From the IMG/VR virus record IMGVR_UViG_3300033388_007160, positions 22,020 to 86,019 of that record: DNA of 64,000 bases. One strand, 5' to 3'. A program made the position numbers and the translations under genes. Of the stretch, positions 55,542 through 64,000 are shown piece after piece (the first letter of the stretch is position 1; each line of letters starts with the position of its first letter). A model generated the notes under the pieces. That model saw nothing but the letters and a program-made list of their open reading frames with translations, was not told the origin of the DNA and searched no databases. Source of the stretch: a virus.

Positions 55542-56434
55542 CAGAAGTGCCCATTCTTGTTGTAGGAGACAGTTTCCTTGACATTTTGCTTGACGTTGGG
55601 GTCACGACTGAGGCTGAAGATGCACCCACCTACAAGGCCAACCGGACGTATGCGGCTTGGGGCGGGGCGGCCAACGTTGCTTGGTGCCTTGAGTGGATGA
55701 ACCTGCCGGTTTCTTCTGCTCTATGCTGGCCTTACCGCGATTCGAGTATAGCCAAGTGGGGCAACGGCCAGATTATGCTACCAGCACAACCTTATCCCTG
55801 TGCCACTACGGCTCCACTGCAGGTTCGCATGAGGTTGCGTGATAACAATGGTCGGCTTTGTCGGATAGATTTTCCGGCCCCAGAAGAACCATACTATTTC
55901 AGCGGATGGAAAGATGATTTGCAGCGAATGCTTAACGACAAGGAGTGGAAAGTGATTGTCATTGCTGACCACGGATATCTGCCTGAGCTTATCAACGAGG
56001 TTGTTGGCCAGATTAGCCTGAATTGCGAGACCATCATCATCTACGATTGCAACTGCCGGGTGCCACCACCCCAAAGGTTGCTGAAGCACGAAAACTGTAT
56101 CATCAAGGCCAATCAGTCTGAGATTGAGCGCTGGCCCTACCTAAAGCATACTGCCTTGACTCTCATTGTGACACGAGAAACTGAGCCGACGCAGCTCTTT
56201 GTGAATGGTTGCCTGTATGGCACTTATGAAGTGCCCGCCCAGATAGCTCCTGCTTCATGGGAATATTCCGGGGCCGGTGATGCTTTTGTTGCCCGCCTTG
56301 CAGCTCAGTGTGCTTGGGTTGCTCCTGGAGACCTTACTCCTCATTTCTTGGAAGAAGCTGTTCGCAATGCCCAACTGTTTGTGCTTGAATACATGAGCCG
56401 CTGGCATGAACGATACAAAGAGGTGAGTGGATGA
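55538..56434 (+). CDS. PfkB-family sugar kinase, HldA/RfaE-I-like
   Basis: ILVVGDSFLD, GGAANVA, KANQSE and SGAGDAFVA motifs. Confidence 0.8.
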   Translation: MTEVPILVVGDSFLDILLDVGVTTEAEDAPTYKANRTYAAWGGAANVAWCLEWMNLPVSSALCWPYRDSSIAKWGNGQIMLPAQPYPCATTAPLQVRMRLRDNNGRLCRIDFPAPEEPYYFSGWKDDLQRMLNDKEWKVIVIADHGYLPELINEVVGQISLNCETIIIYDCNCRVPPPQRLLKHENCIIKANQSEIERWPYLKHTALTLIVTRETEPTQLFVNGCLYGTYEVPAQIAPASWEYSGAGDAFVARLAAQCAWVAPGDLTPHFLEEAVRNAQLFVLEYMSRWHERYKEVSG

Positions 56435-57780
56435 TGAATTATGCCCGCTTATGCGAAAATGCAGATATTTGGGGTTATGATGCGGTATTTTCTGTTGTTG
56501 CTTTCTTGCAGGCCATCAATAGCCCTCGTCTAAGCGACCTGCCGGAATTTGCTCGATGGATTGACGAAGCGGCCAAGCAATACGACATCAATCAGCGCAT
56601 TCTGCTGGCGATTGCTCAGAAAGAGCAAAGTTTCCTGACTCGCCCCAGAGGCGGCAGAGGATGGCGACGCGCGCTACAGTATACGATGGGATATGGAGCA
56701 ACCGACAGAGGTGATATCCCCAAGTATGCTGGTTGCAAGACTCAGGTTTTTGCAGCGGCTGAAGGCTTGAGGAGGTATTGGGACAGTGGCCGTGTGCAGA
56801 GGATGGTCGGCAAGCCGCTGGCTGAAACCCTGCCGTGGACGAAAAACACTCCCACTGGTAAAATCATACCAGAGAATGAAGCTACTGCTGCCCTTTACTT
56901 GTATACACCGCATTTGTCCGGTGCTCGTGATTTTGTTAGAGTATGGCGATGGTTAAAAGGAGTTGAGGCCAGGATGGCTGCTGAAGACAGACTTTATCCA
57001 GAAGGCTATCCCAAGCCATTGCAGAGATGTGGAAGAGTTGACCCCGGCCATGTGAGATACTGGTTTGGTAATCCCTGCCAGACAAACCATTTTGTGAGCC
57101 ACAAGGTTCCGATACTCGGTCGTGTATATGTCCATCGCCGCATTGCCGAGGCATTTGAACAGGTTCTCAAAGAGATTGAAGAAGCGGGGCTGGCCGAACT
57201 AATTGACCTTTCAGATTATGGTGGCACTTACTGCTGTCGGCGCGTGCGGGGAGGCCGCGCATATTCGCCCCATGCGTGGGGTATTGCCATTGATTTGAAT
57301 GTGCATCATCTGCAGGGACCAAACGGCGAGTATCGGGCCGGTCGAACCAACTGGCGCTGCAGGCCAAGCGAGATACCAGACAGCCTGAAACGACTTGCTC
57401 CCTTCTTCCGGCGCTGGGGGTTTTCGTGGGGCGGCGACTGGAAGTCCTTCAAAGACCCAATGCATTTCGAGGCCACGGCCCTCACGGTGAAACTGTTGGA
57501 GGGTGGCGAGTTGCCGCAGAAGTTTATTGAGGTTTGCCGTGCCGGTCAGCAGCCCCAACCTGGCTATGTGCCCGGAGAAGTTAAAGTTGTTTTGTTGCCT
57601 GACAATAAAGTGATCCCGTGCAATGCTTATTTCGATGGCGAGAAGACCAAGTGCAACCTGCGTGAACTGGCCGAAGGTCTGGGGTATGTGGTTGCCGACC
57701 ATATCCCCGACCAGAGGAAGGTATATCTTGTGCCCAGAGAAGCCAAGGCACATCTTATACCCAAGGAGGCTGATGCATGA
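56431..57780 (+). CDS. Endolysin: lysozyme-like N-terminus, M15 peptidase, C-terminal binding domain
   Basis: ILLAIAQKEQS...LYLYTPH; SPHAWGIAID and DPMHFE. Confidence 0.85.
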   Translation: MMNYARLCENADIWGYDAVFSVVAFLQAINSPRLSDLPEFARWIDEAAKQYDINQRILLAIAQKEQSFLTRPRGGRGWRRALQYTMGYGATDRGDIPKYAGCKTQVFAAAEGLRRYWDSGRVQRMVGKPLAETLPWTKNTPTGKIIPENEATAALYLYTPHLSGARDFVRVWRWLKGVEARMAAEDRLYPEGYPKPLQRCGRVDPGHVRYWFGNPCQTNHFVSHKVPILGRVYVHRRIAEAFEQVLKEIEEAGLAELIDLSDYGGTYCCRRVRGGRAYSPHAWGIAIDLNVHHLQGPNGEYRAGRTNWRCRPSEIPDSLKRLAPFFRRWGFSWGGDWKSFKDPMHFEATALTVKLLEGGELPQKFIEVCRAGQQPQPGYVPGEVKVVLLPDNKVIPCNAYFDGEKTKCNLRELAEGLGYVVADHIPDQRKVYLVPREAKAHLIPKEADA

Positions 57781-58025
57781 TGGATATACAGAAGGATTTC
57801 GAGGATGTTCTGCGGATTGCCCAATTGGAACGGGCAGTCCAGCAGGCCATTTCAGTAGTCCAGAGATTGGACTCGTTACGTAAAGACCTGCCCACAATGG
57901 TAGGCCAGCTTCGTGGTGGTGCTGAAGCAGCTCGTGAACTGGGCAAGCCAGAACTGGCCGAAAAGTTTGAGCGCATAGCGGCAGTCGTTGAGGAGAGGGC
58001 CGGTGACTTCCTTGGCACGCGGTGA
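57777..58025 (+). CDS. Hypothetical protein
   Basis: AAGGAGG RBS. Confidence 0.6.
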   Translation: MMDIQKDFEDVLRIAQLERAVQQAISVVQRLDSLRKDLPTMVGQLRGGAEAARELGKPELAEKFERIAAVVEERAGDFLGTR

Positions 58026-58031
58026 GCACAT

Positions 58032-58952
58032 ATGAAGCTTGCCGTATGGCAGATTGATGCAACTCCTCGACCGTCAGCCGTGCTCGAAGATTATGTCAAA
58101 TTCTCTGTCGAGCACGGTGCAGACATAATTGTTTTTCCTGAGCTCTTAGGTTGCTGGCTGAGTGCAACACCGGTAGGGCTGCCCCGATGGCTGCTCAAGC
58201 TGGAAGCTGCACTGGTCAGGGCCTACGCGGAAACCGTAGACAGCCCCATACTGGCCGCATTTGGCATGAGCAAGCTTGGGGCAGCTAAAGCGTCAGACGT
58301 TATACTGGGCAAGTTACTGAGGCTGCTGGGCGTAGCTGATTGGGCCAAGTGTTGGATGGCTCGCACTTGCGAGAGTTTGTTCCTCGAATTCTTTACGCGA
58401 CTTGCACGTGAATACTCCTGCTGGCTGGTGCCGGGTTCTACCATTCGCGTTGTGGGGAAGCAGTTGCGGAACACAACCTACCTGATTTCGCCGTCGGGTG
58501 ATGTGGTGCTTACGGCTGACAAGATTAAGCCCCTTGCTATGGAGCAGGCACTTGGTATCCGACCGGGGCGGTCAAGCGAGGTCTATACCATAAGCGAAGA
58601 GGACCGGACGGTTAGCATAGCTCTGGCCCTCTGCAACGATGTAACGCCCCCAACGCCACTGAAGGTCCCTGCAGGAACCTGGTTATTGGTGCCCTCTGGT
58701 GGTTGGGCCCCGTCACCTAGCTGGAAGTGGACTTGGGATCGGGAGATGGTGCACATTAAGACAGCTCAAAGCCTTGAGTGCCGTATTGCTCGCAGCTACT
58801 TCTGCAGTGGCAGCATGTTCGAGGGGCTTTACGCTGCTGGTCGGGCGTCCGTCGTGGGGCCTTCAGACGTTATAGCACTTGCACCATACGGCCAGGTCGG
58901 TATGCTGTTGTGTACGGATTCGGAGTGCCAGTGGCGTGCATTTGAGGCGTGA
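58032..58952 (+). CDS. Nitrilase/carbon-nitrogen hydrolase family protein
   Basis: GADIIVFPE, RNTTYL, DK and LCND triad motifs. Confidence 0.8.
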   Translation: MKLAVWQIDATPRPSAVLEDYVKFSVEHGADIIVFPELLGCWLSATPVGLPRWLLKLEAALVRAYAETVDSPILAAFGMSKLGAAKASDVILGKLLRLLGVADWAKCWMARTCESLFLEFFTRLAREYSCWLVPGSTIRVVGKQLRNTTYLISPSGDVVLTADKIKPLAMEQALGIRPGRSSEVYTISEEDRTVSIALALCNDVTPPTPLKVPAGTWLLVPSGGWAPSPSWKWTWDREMVHIKTAQSLECRIARSYFCSGSMFEGLYAAGRASVVGPSDVIALAPYGQVGMLLCTDSECQWRAFEA

Positions 58953-58958
58953 GCGGCC

Positions 58959-60104
58959 ATGACCATTCAATGGGGCAAGTCAAGCGGTGCAGACATAAAC
59001 CTGAGCTTTAGCGGCAATTGCGCCCTGGATGGTTGTCGCATAGTGGGCTCGGGGGCCGATGATGACATCGCCCTGGATTGGGCCTGGCCGGCGACAGATG
59101 TCCATACAATGTTGCCGCTGGATGGCACCCTCGAAAACTGGGGCACTGGCGCCGACTGGGTCGTAACAAATGGAGTTGAATGGGTGCAGCCCGGCTGGAT
59201 GGGCCCGCAGGCCGCACGCACTCCCAACTTTGGCGGATGGAAGCAAATGGCACGCGCTGACGATTATTGCACTCCGCTGACAGGGATAACTCGTGAACTG
59301 TGGCTGAGGCGAGAAGAAGACCGGACGAATGACCGCCGCTTCCGGTTCCGTCAACCATTCACGTGGGATGTCTACTCCTATTATCCGACTTACGGCTGGT
59401 TTTGTGAGGCCTTTTTCCCGAATGGGGCCTTCAGGGTTGAACATATAGAGCGGCTGATTGATATCGACTTGCAATGGCACCACTTCTGCCTCGAATGGGA
59501 CGCTGAGGCCGACAGGGCGACACTGTATATAGATGGCATGGTCGCAGGCACTTTGGACAACACGGGGTTAGAACCTGCATCGCACCGCACGGAAATTTGG
59601 ACCAGCAGCGCGGGTGGAGCGCTTCAGTTTGACACCCTTGTTGTTGCAGAAAGGCCGCTACATGGCGGAGAATTCACACCCCACCGCTATGAGGCTGGTT
59701 CCGTTACGCTACAGTATCAGCCGGACGATTTGATGCGGCTGACGTCTATCGATTGGTCGGGGACCTTTGGTCCAAGCTACGGGCACGTCACGAAGGTTGA
59801 GGTATACAGTAGACCGAGTTGGCATGTGGTGGCAAGCGATTCTAATGGAGTACAACCACCGATTACGGGGCTTAATTATGTAATCGGCGGTCCAAATGTT
59901 GTCCGTTTCACACTGGCACCCAAGCAGGATACACTCCAGTCAGAGACACCGTTGCTCGACTGGGTGCTGGTCAGTCTTGAACCACTTACTAGGCCTGCCC
60001 CGCAATCCTTGAACTTTTCGGCTCCCCGAAGTAACATTTCTGTGACGACTGAGAGGCGTGAAATCCGAGTCAAGACCAGCCGGAGAGAGCTGGGCGTTAA
60101 GTGA
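58959..60104 (+). CDS. LamG-like domain virion protein
   Basis: QWHHFCLEW...ATLYIDG. Confidence 0.65.
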   Translation: MTIQWGKSSGADINLSFSGNCALDGCRIVGSGADDDIALDWAWPATDVHTMLPLDGTLENWGTGADWVVTNGVEWVQPGWMGPQAARTPNFGGWKQMARADDYCTPLTGITRELWLRREEDRTNDRRFRFRQPFTWDVYSYYPTYGWFCEAFFPNGAFRVEHIERLIDIDLQWHHFCLEWDAEADRATLYIDGMVAGTLDNTGLEPASHRTEIWTSSAGGALQFDTLVVAERPLHGGEFTPHRYEAGSVTLQYQPDDLMRLTSIDWSGTFGPSYGHVTKVEVYSRPSWHVVASDSNGVQPPITGLNYVIGGPNVVRFTLAPKQDTLQSETPLLDWVLVSLEPLTRPAPQSLNFSAPRSNISVTTERREIRVKTSRRELGVK

Positions 60105-60478
60105 TGGCGCTGACAGAGTATAGCTTCTCAAAGTTGCCGATTGAAGAAACTTACGTCATCCGCAAGGGAGCAACCTTTTATCAGCCGTTCAAGCTTTACT
60201 TGAATGGCGACCCGTGGGACTTGAGCAATGCCACAGTTAAGTTCATCGTCAAGGATGACGGTGGCAATGAAATCGTGTCTCAAGAATTAGCATCCAGCGA
60301 TATGGACTCGGCTGCAACTGGAGAGTTTACCATCCGGTTTGAGACTTCTTCTATCGAGGCCGGGGAATATAATTTTGAGATGTGGCTTGTTATAGCGAGC
60401 GGCGATGATATTTTTCCTGATGGCCTGAGTTTGTGCTTGCTGGCTGGAAGCTTTGTTGTTGAGGCGAGTTTGCTGTAA
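60104..60478 (+). CDS. Small beta-sandwich virion protein (BppU-N-like)
   Basis: IRKGATF...PWDLSNATVKF...GEYNFE. Confidence 0.55.
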   Translation: MALTEYSFSKLPIEETYVIRKGATFYQPFKLYLNGDPWDLSNATVKFIVKDDGGNEIVSQELASSDMDSAATGEFTIRFETSSIEAGEYNFEMWLVIASGDDIFPDGLSLCLLAGSFVVEASLL

Positions 60479-60494
60479 AGGAGGCCTCGATTGG

Positions 60495-61166
60495 ATGCTC
60501 AGCAAGAAGTCCAAACTGCGAGCATTCACGGATTTTTTGTCTTCGGCATTCCATTCCTTGTATTCCGCTTTGGGTTTCTCGGCCAAAGAAGCACAGGATT
60601 GTTTTGAACGCTATCTCAAGGGCCAGAGACAGTATGGCATTGGCAACTGGATAGCAGGAGAAAAGTATCGGGGTTGGGTTGAGGTTGTAGAAGAAGCGGC
60701 AGATGGTGTGAATATCTCGCTTATGGAACAACTGCGTTCCGGCGAGGATGCCAAACTGAAGCTGGCCGGATTATTTGGGCGGGCTTATTTGCTGGGCAGG
60801 GGCAGTGACATTCCTCTGCTGGTCTACATCAGCCATCCCTATTCCGACAATCCGGAGGCCAACATCGAGCAGGTAAAGAAGATAGCCATTGAAGTAATGA
60901 AGCGCGGCCACATTCCCGTGCCGGTTCATTTGATGTTTCATGAATTCGACCGGCGAACCAAAGGACGGCTTGATGAGGAAGTCTTCTTGGAGGCCGACCT
61001 GTGGCTGCTCAATCTCTGTGATGTTGTTTTGATAGCCGGTATCAGCCCCGGGGTTCTCGTGGAATTTGCCCATGCTGTAAGATTGGGCAAGAAGATAATC
61101 AACTCACCGGAGGAGTTGCCCAAACGAAGATGGAAGGGACGCCTGTTAAAGCAATACATCCATTAG
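60495..61166 (+). CDS. Nucleoside deoxyribosyltransferase-like (DUF4406-type) domain protein
   Basis: VYISHPYS...LNLCDVV...SPGVLVEFAHA. Confidence 0.7.
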   Translation: MLSKKSKLRAFTDFLSSAFHSLYSALGFSAKEAQDCFERYLKGQRQYGIGNWIAGEKYRGWVEVVEEAADGVNISLMEQLRSGEDAKLKLAGLFGRAYLLGRGSDIPLLVYISHPYSDNPEANIEQVKKIAIEVMKRGHIPVPVHLMFHEFDRRTKGRLDEEVFLEADLWLLNLCDVVLIAGISPGVLVEFAHAVRLGKKIINSPEELPKRRWKGRLLKQYIH

Positions 61167-61765
61167 ACGAAGAAGAACGCCGCAAGCAACTATTCATCCG
61201 CTGGGCCGCTGAAGGCCGAGAGGCGGGCGAGATAGTTGACTTGGCCCGTGAGATAGGTTGGGATTTGACCGAACGCAGGGTTCGCACCCTGCGCAAGAAG
61301 TATCGCCAAGAGATAATCAAGTATGCCCACGAGAAGACACAGGAATTGATGAGCAAGATTGAGCGGGCGGCCAAACCCCTGCGAGTTCAAAAAGTTGACG
61401 AGATAGCTGCCCGACTTGAAGATGCCCTCGATGAATTGCTTGGTGAAGAATGGTCAACGCCCAAGCAGAGAATGGAGGCCATCCGGATTGCGGCCAAGAT
61501 TGCCGATACTCTCATGAAAGCTTACAGACTTATAGCCGAGGAGACACATGATTTGACAAAGCCTGCTCAATCAATTAACTTCTACGTGCAGATACTACAG
61601 CAGGCACCACCGGAGGTTCGGCAGGAAGTTGTTCAAAAACTTGAAGAACTGCAGAGTCTGCTGCGTGCCACTCAGCAAACAGGAACTGAGGCCATAGATG
61701 CCGAATTCGTCACTGAACCCGAACCTGCCTCTAGAAGAGGTAGCGAAACGGCTATCTCAGATTGA
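61130..61765 (+). CDS. Probable terminase small subunit
   Basis: N-terminal HTH-like segment; helical; directly upstream of TerL. Confidence 0.6.
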   Translation: MEGTPVKAIHPLDEEERRKQLFIRWAAEGREAGEIVDLAREIGWDLTERRVRTLRKKYRQEIIKYAHEKTQELMSKIERAAKPLRVQKVDEIAARLEDALDELLGEEWSTPKQRMEAIRIAAKIADTLMKAYRLIAEETHDLTKPAQSINFYVQILQQAPPEVRQEVVQKLEELQSLLRATQQTGTEAIDAEFVTEPEPASRRGSETAISD

Positions 61766-63227
61766 GGAAGCTCTTCGTTTTGCCAAAATCCAGCAGGCTC
61801 GCGAGGATATAGTTGCTTTTGCAGAGTATGTAATGCGGGATGAGCAGGGCCGCCCTTGGAAAGTCCCCGAACATCAGAAAGAGTGGTTTCAGCTTCTCCT
61901 TAATCCCTCAATAGACAGGCTCCTCATCATAGCTCCCCGTTTGCATGGCAAAACCCAGACAATCGTCTGTTTTTTGCTCTACATGATTGGCAAGAACCCC
62001 AACATTAGCATCAAATACGTGTGCGGGGACGATGAGCTTGCCATTGATATTTTCTTGCAAATCAAACGTAACATCTTGGAGAACCCACACTATCGAGAGG
62101 TGTTCCCACACATAGAACTCGATGAAGAAGCTGAGGAGACCAAGCACAAGCTTACAGTCAAGCGGGATGCTGCCCTCGGTATTAAAGACCCGACGCTGCA
62201 GGCCTTTAGTGTTACGGCGTCGGGAACTGGCCGTCGTGCCCATATCATCATTTTCGACGACATCATAGGCGCTCGCTTTGCCACACAACCCCGCATGATA
62301 CCCAAGATTCAGTATATTGTTGAAAACGACTGGATGAATACGCTTTATGAGAATGGACGGGCCATTATGATAGGCACTTACTGGTCTTGGGACCCGCCAG
62401 ACATTTATGTGGAATACGCCCAGAATGAGCGCTGGTATAAATGGGAGAAACCCGCCATCATCTACGACGAAGATGGCAATCCCCGGCCTCTCTGGCCGGA
62501 ACGCTGGTCGCTTGAAAAGCTTGAACAGAAACGCAAGGAAAGCCCCGTGGCCTTCGCCCAGCAGTTCATGCTGCAGGGTATGCTGCGGAAAACCGATTAC
62601 TTCAGCGAAGAGAACATCGAAAAATGCATACGCACCGACATTGCGCTTGGTGAAGGTTGGGAAGAAGGCTGGCCGGTTTACATCGGCGTGGACCCTGCTG
62701 CTTCGCTTGGCAAGGAAGGCTCATATAGCGTGATATTTGTCATTGCTGTTTCGCCACAGGGTGTAAGGGTGCCTGTTGAAATCATCCGCGACAAGATGGG
62801 GCCGGAAGAACTTGCCCGTCGGATAGTTGCTCTGTGGCGTCGGTATAAACCCCAGCTTGTGCTTGTGGAGAATAACAGTTACCAGGCTGCCCTTGTGGAT
62901 TTGATACGTGTAATAGCACAAAACGAACCGATTACGGTCAAGGGCCAATTCACCGGCAGCCAGAAATGGTCGCCTGATGAAGGCCTGCCTCGCCTTCACG
63001 CTGAAATGGCAAATCGCATGTGGATTATCCCACGCAAACAGTGTTTGCATCATGCCGACGACCCGACTTGCGTAGTATGCCAGTGGCTAAAGGAAATGCG
63101 GGAGTTTCCTTATGGACAAACTTCTGATATTATTATGGCGATGTGGCTTGCAGATACAGCGGCCACCACGTCAATGACATTTGGTGAAGTGCCGATAGTG
63201 GCGGCCAAACGGAGGCGAAGACTCTGA
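61698..63227 (+). CDS. terL: Terminase large subunit
   Basis: APRLHGKT, TGRRAH.IIFDD, GVDPA, VENN.YQ and SDIIMA motifs. Confidence 0.93.
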   Translation: MPNSSLNPNLPLEEVAKRLSQIEEALRFAKIQQAREDIVAFAEYVMRDEQGRPWKVPEHQKEWFQLLLNPSIDRLLIIAPRLHGKTQTIVCFLLYMIGKNPNISIKYVCGDDELAIDIFLQIKRNILENPHYREVFPHIELDEEAEETKHKLTVKRDAALGIKDPTLQAFSVTASGTGRRAHIIIFDDIIGARFATQPRMIPKIQYIVENDWMNTLYENGRAIMIGTYWSWDPPDIYVEYAQNERWYKWEKPAIIYDEDGNPRPLWPERWSLEKLEQKRKESPVAFAQQFMLQGMLRKTDYFSEENIEKCIRTDIALGEGWEEGWPVYIGVDPAASLGKEGSYSVIFVIAVSPQGVRVPVEIIRDKMGPEELARRIVALWRRYKPQLVLVENNSYQAALVDLIRVIAQNEPITVKGQFTGSQKWSPDEGLPRLHAEMANRMWIIPRKQCLHHADDPTCVVCQWLKEMREFPYGQTSDIIMAMWLADTAATTSMTFGEVPIVAAKRRRRL

Positions 63228-64000
63228 TGGAAATCCTTCGCCGCATTGCTCAGCTATTCAAGAAAAAGGAGAAAGAAAAACCTCGGAGTGTTGAGGTCGG
63301 CATCAAGTATCAGCAGACCGAATTGCCGTGGGTTCGTTTCTACAGCCGCCAAGCCATCTGGAAAGACCTCACCGACATGGACAGCGAAGAACCGATAGTG
63401 GCCCGTGCCCTCGATATAATAGCACGGTTTGCTACAATGTTCCCCGAAGGCGATGTGATGGGGTTTGACCTTCGTGGCCCCGACGAAGAGCTTGAAGTGC
63501 TAATGCCCCTGCTCCAGAATACCCAGCTCCAGTGGCAGAGCTTTCAAATAGTCCGTGACATGGTGCTGCATGGCAATACATTCTGTGAGATTATCTTGAA
63601 TGAGGACAATGAAATCGTCCGGCTCAAGCAGTTCCCCTATAGCTACCAGATTCAGGTCAATGTGGATGAATACGGCAACCTGAAGAAAGGCGACCCCAAG
63701 CAGGTTATGCAGTATAACCTCACCGGCGAAGCGGCTTACGAGCAATATAGTGATACCGGTCAACTTTTGGCAGCTTTCTGGCCGTATCAGATTGTTCACT
63801 TTGCTTTTGGCAAGCAGTCGGGCCTGCCCTATGCCGAACCCATACTGGCATGTGCCACAGGCATATGGAAGCGCCTGCGGGCCAAAGAAGACGGCCTCGC
63901 CATCGCCCGTCTGACTCGTGCCTATCCTCAGCGCGTGCATAAAATCCCCGTGCCCATACAGCTCAACTACGATGAAGTCCGCCGGAAGATTGACTCGTAT
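63227..64000 (+). CDS. Portal protein (3' truncated)
   Basis: Open from the ATG overlapping the terL stop; DMDSEEPIVARALD, QIVHF and WKRLRAKEDGLAIARLTRA resemble T4 gp20-like portals. Confidence 0.8.
   Translation, partial: MEILRRIAQLFKKKEKEKPRSVEVGIKYQQTELPWVRFYSRQAIWKDLTDMDSEEPIVARALDIIARFATMFPEGDVMGFDLRGPDEELEVLMPLLQNTQLQWQSFQIVRDMVLHGNTFCEIILNEDNEIVRLKQFPYSYQIQVNVDEYGNLKKGDPKQVMQYNLTGEAAYEQYSDTGQLLAAFWPYQIVHFAFGKQSGLPYAEPILACATGIWKRLRAKEDGLAIARLTRAYPQRVHKIPVPIQLNYDEVRRKIDSY

Overview
The window holds most of a tailed dsDNA phage genome, about 55% GC by eye. It opens in the 3' end of a probable tape-measure gene and ends inside a portal gene. Modules in order: (1) tail/baseplate genes with a membrane GT-C-like gene inserted among them; (2) a GT9-GT4-pyruvyltransferase cluster; (3) a rightward replication/recombination operon (large initiator-like protein, primase-helicase, annealing protein, RecA, Hjc-, Cas4- and RuvC-like nucleases, RNase HII); (4) an accessory region with a second GT9 cassette, an IS607 element, GmhB, a methyltransferase and an HD protein; (5) a leftward early-type region (SF2 helicase, HldC-like nucleotidyltransferase, beta-clamp homologue, many small ORFs); (6) a divergent control region with a GGCC-saturated block, 36-bp repeats and a 51-bp palindrome; (7) a Ro60/TROVE operon; (8) an HldA-like kinase, endolysin, terminase and portal. 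I saw no phage integrase or DNA polymerase. The strongest signals are non-coding. First, two Y-RNA-like elements precede Ro60, and the proximal one can pair with an intrinsic terminator just before the Ro60 RBS, suggesting a Ro60-sensing attenuator. Second, two ~80-nt RNAs look like tmRNA reduced to its tRNA-like domain. Third, a ~400-nt structured element has a minus strand complementary to the RBS motif shared by several early genes. A dispersed ADP-heptose pathway and a host-type parS site are also present. All calls come from manual motif reading. Some local frameshifts may be sequencing errors.
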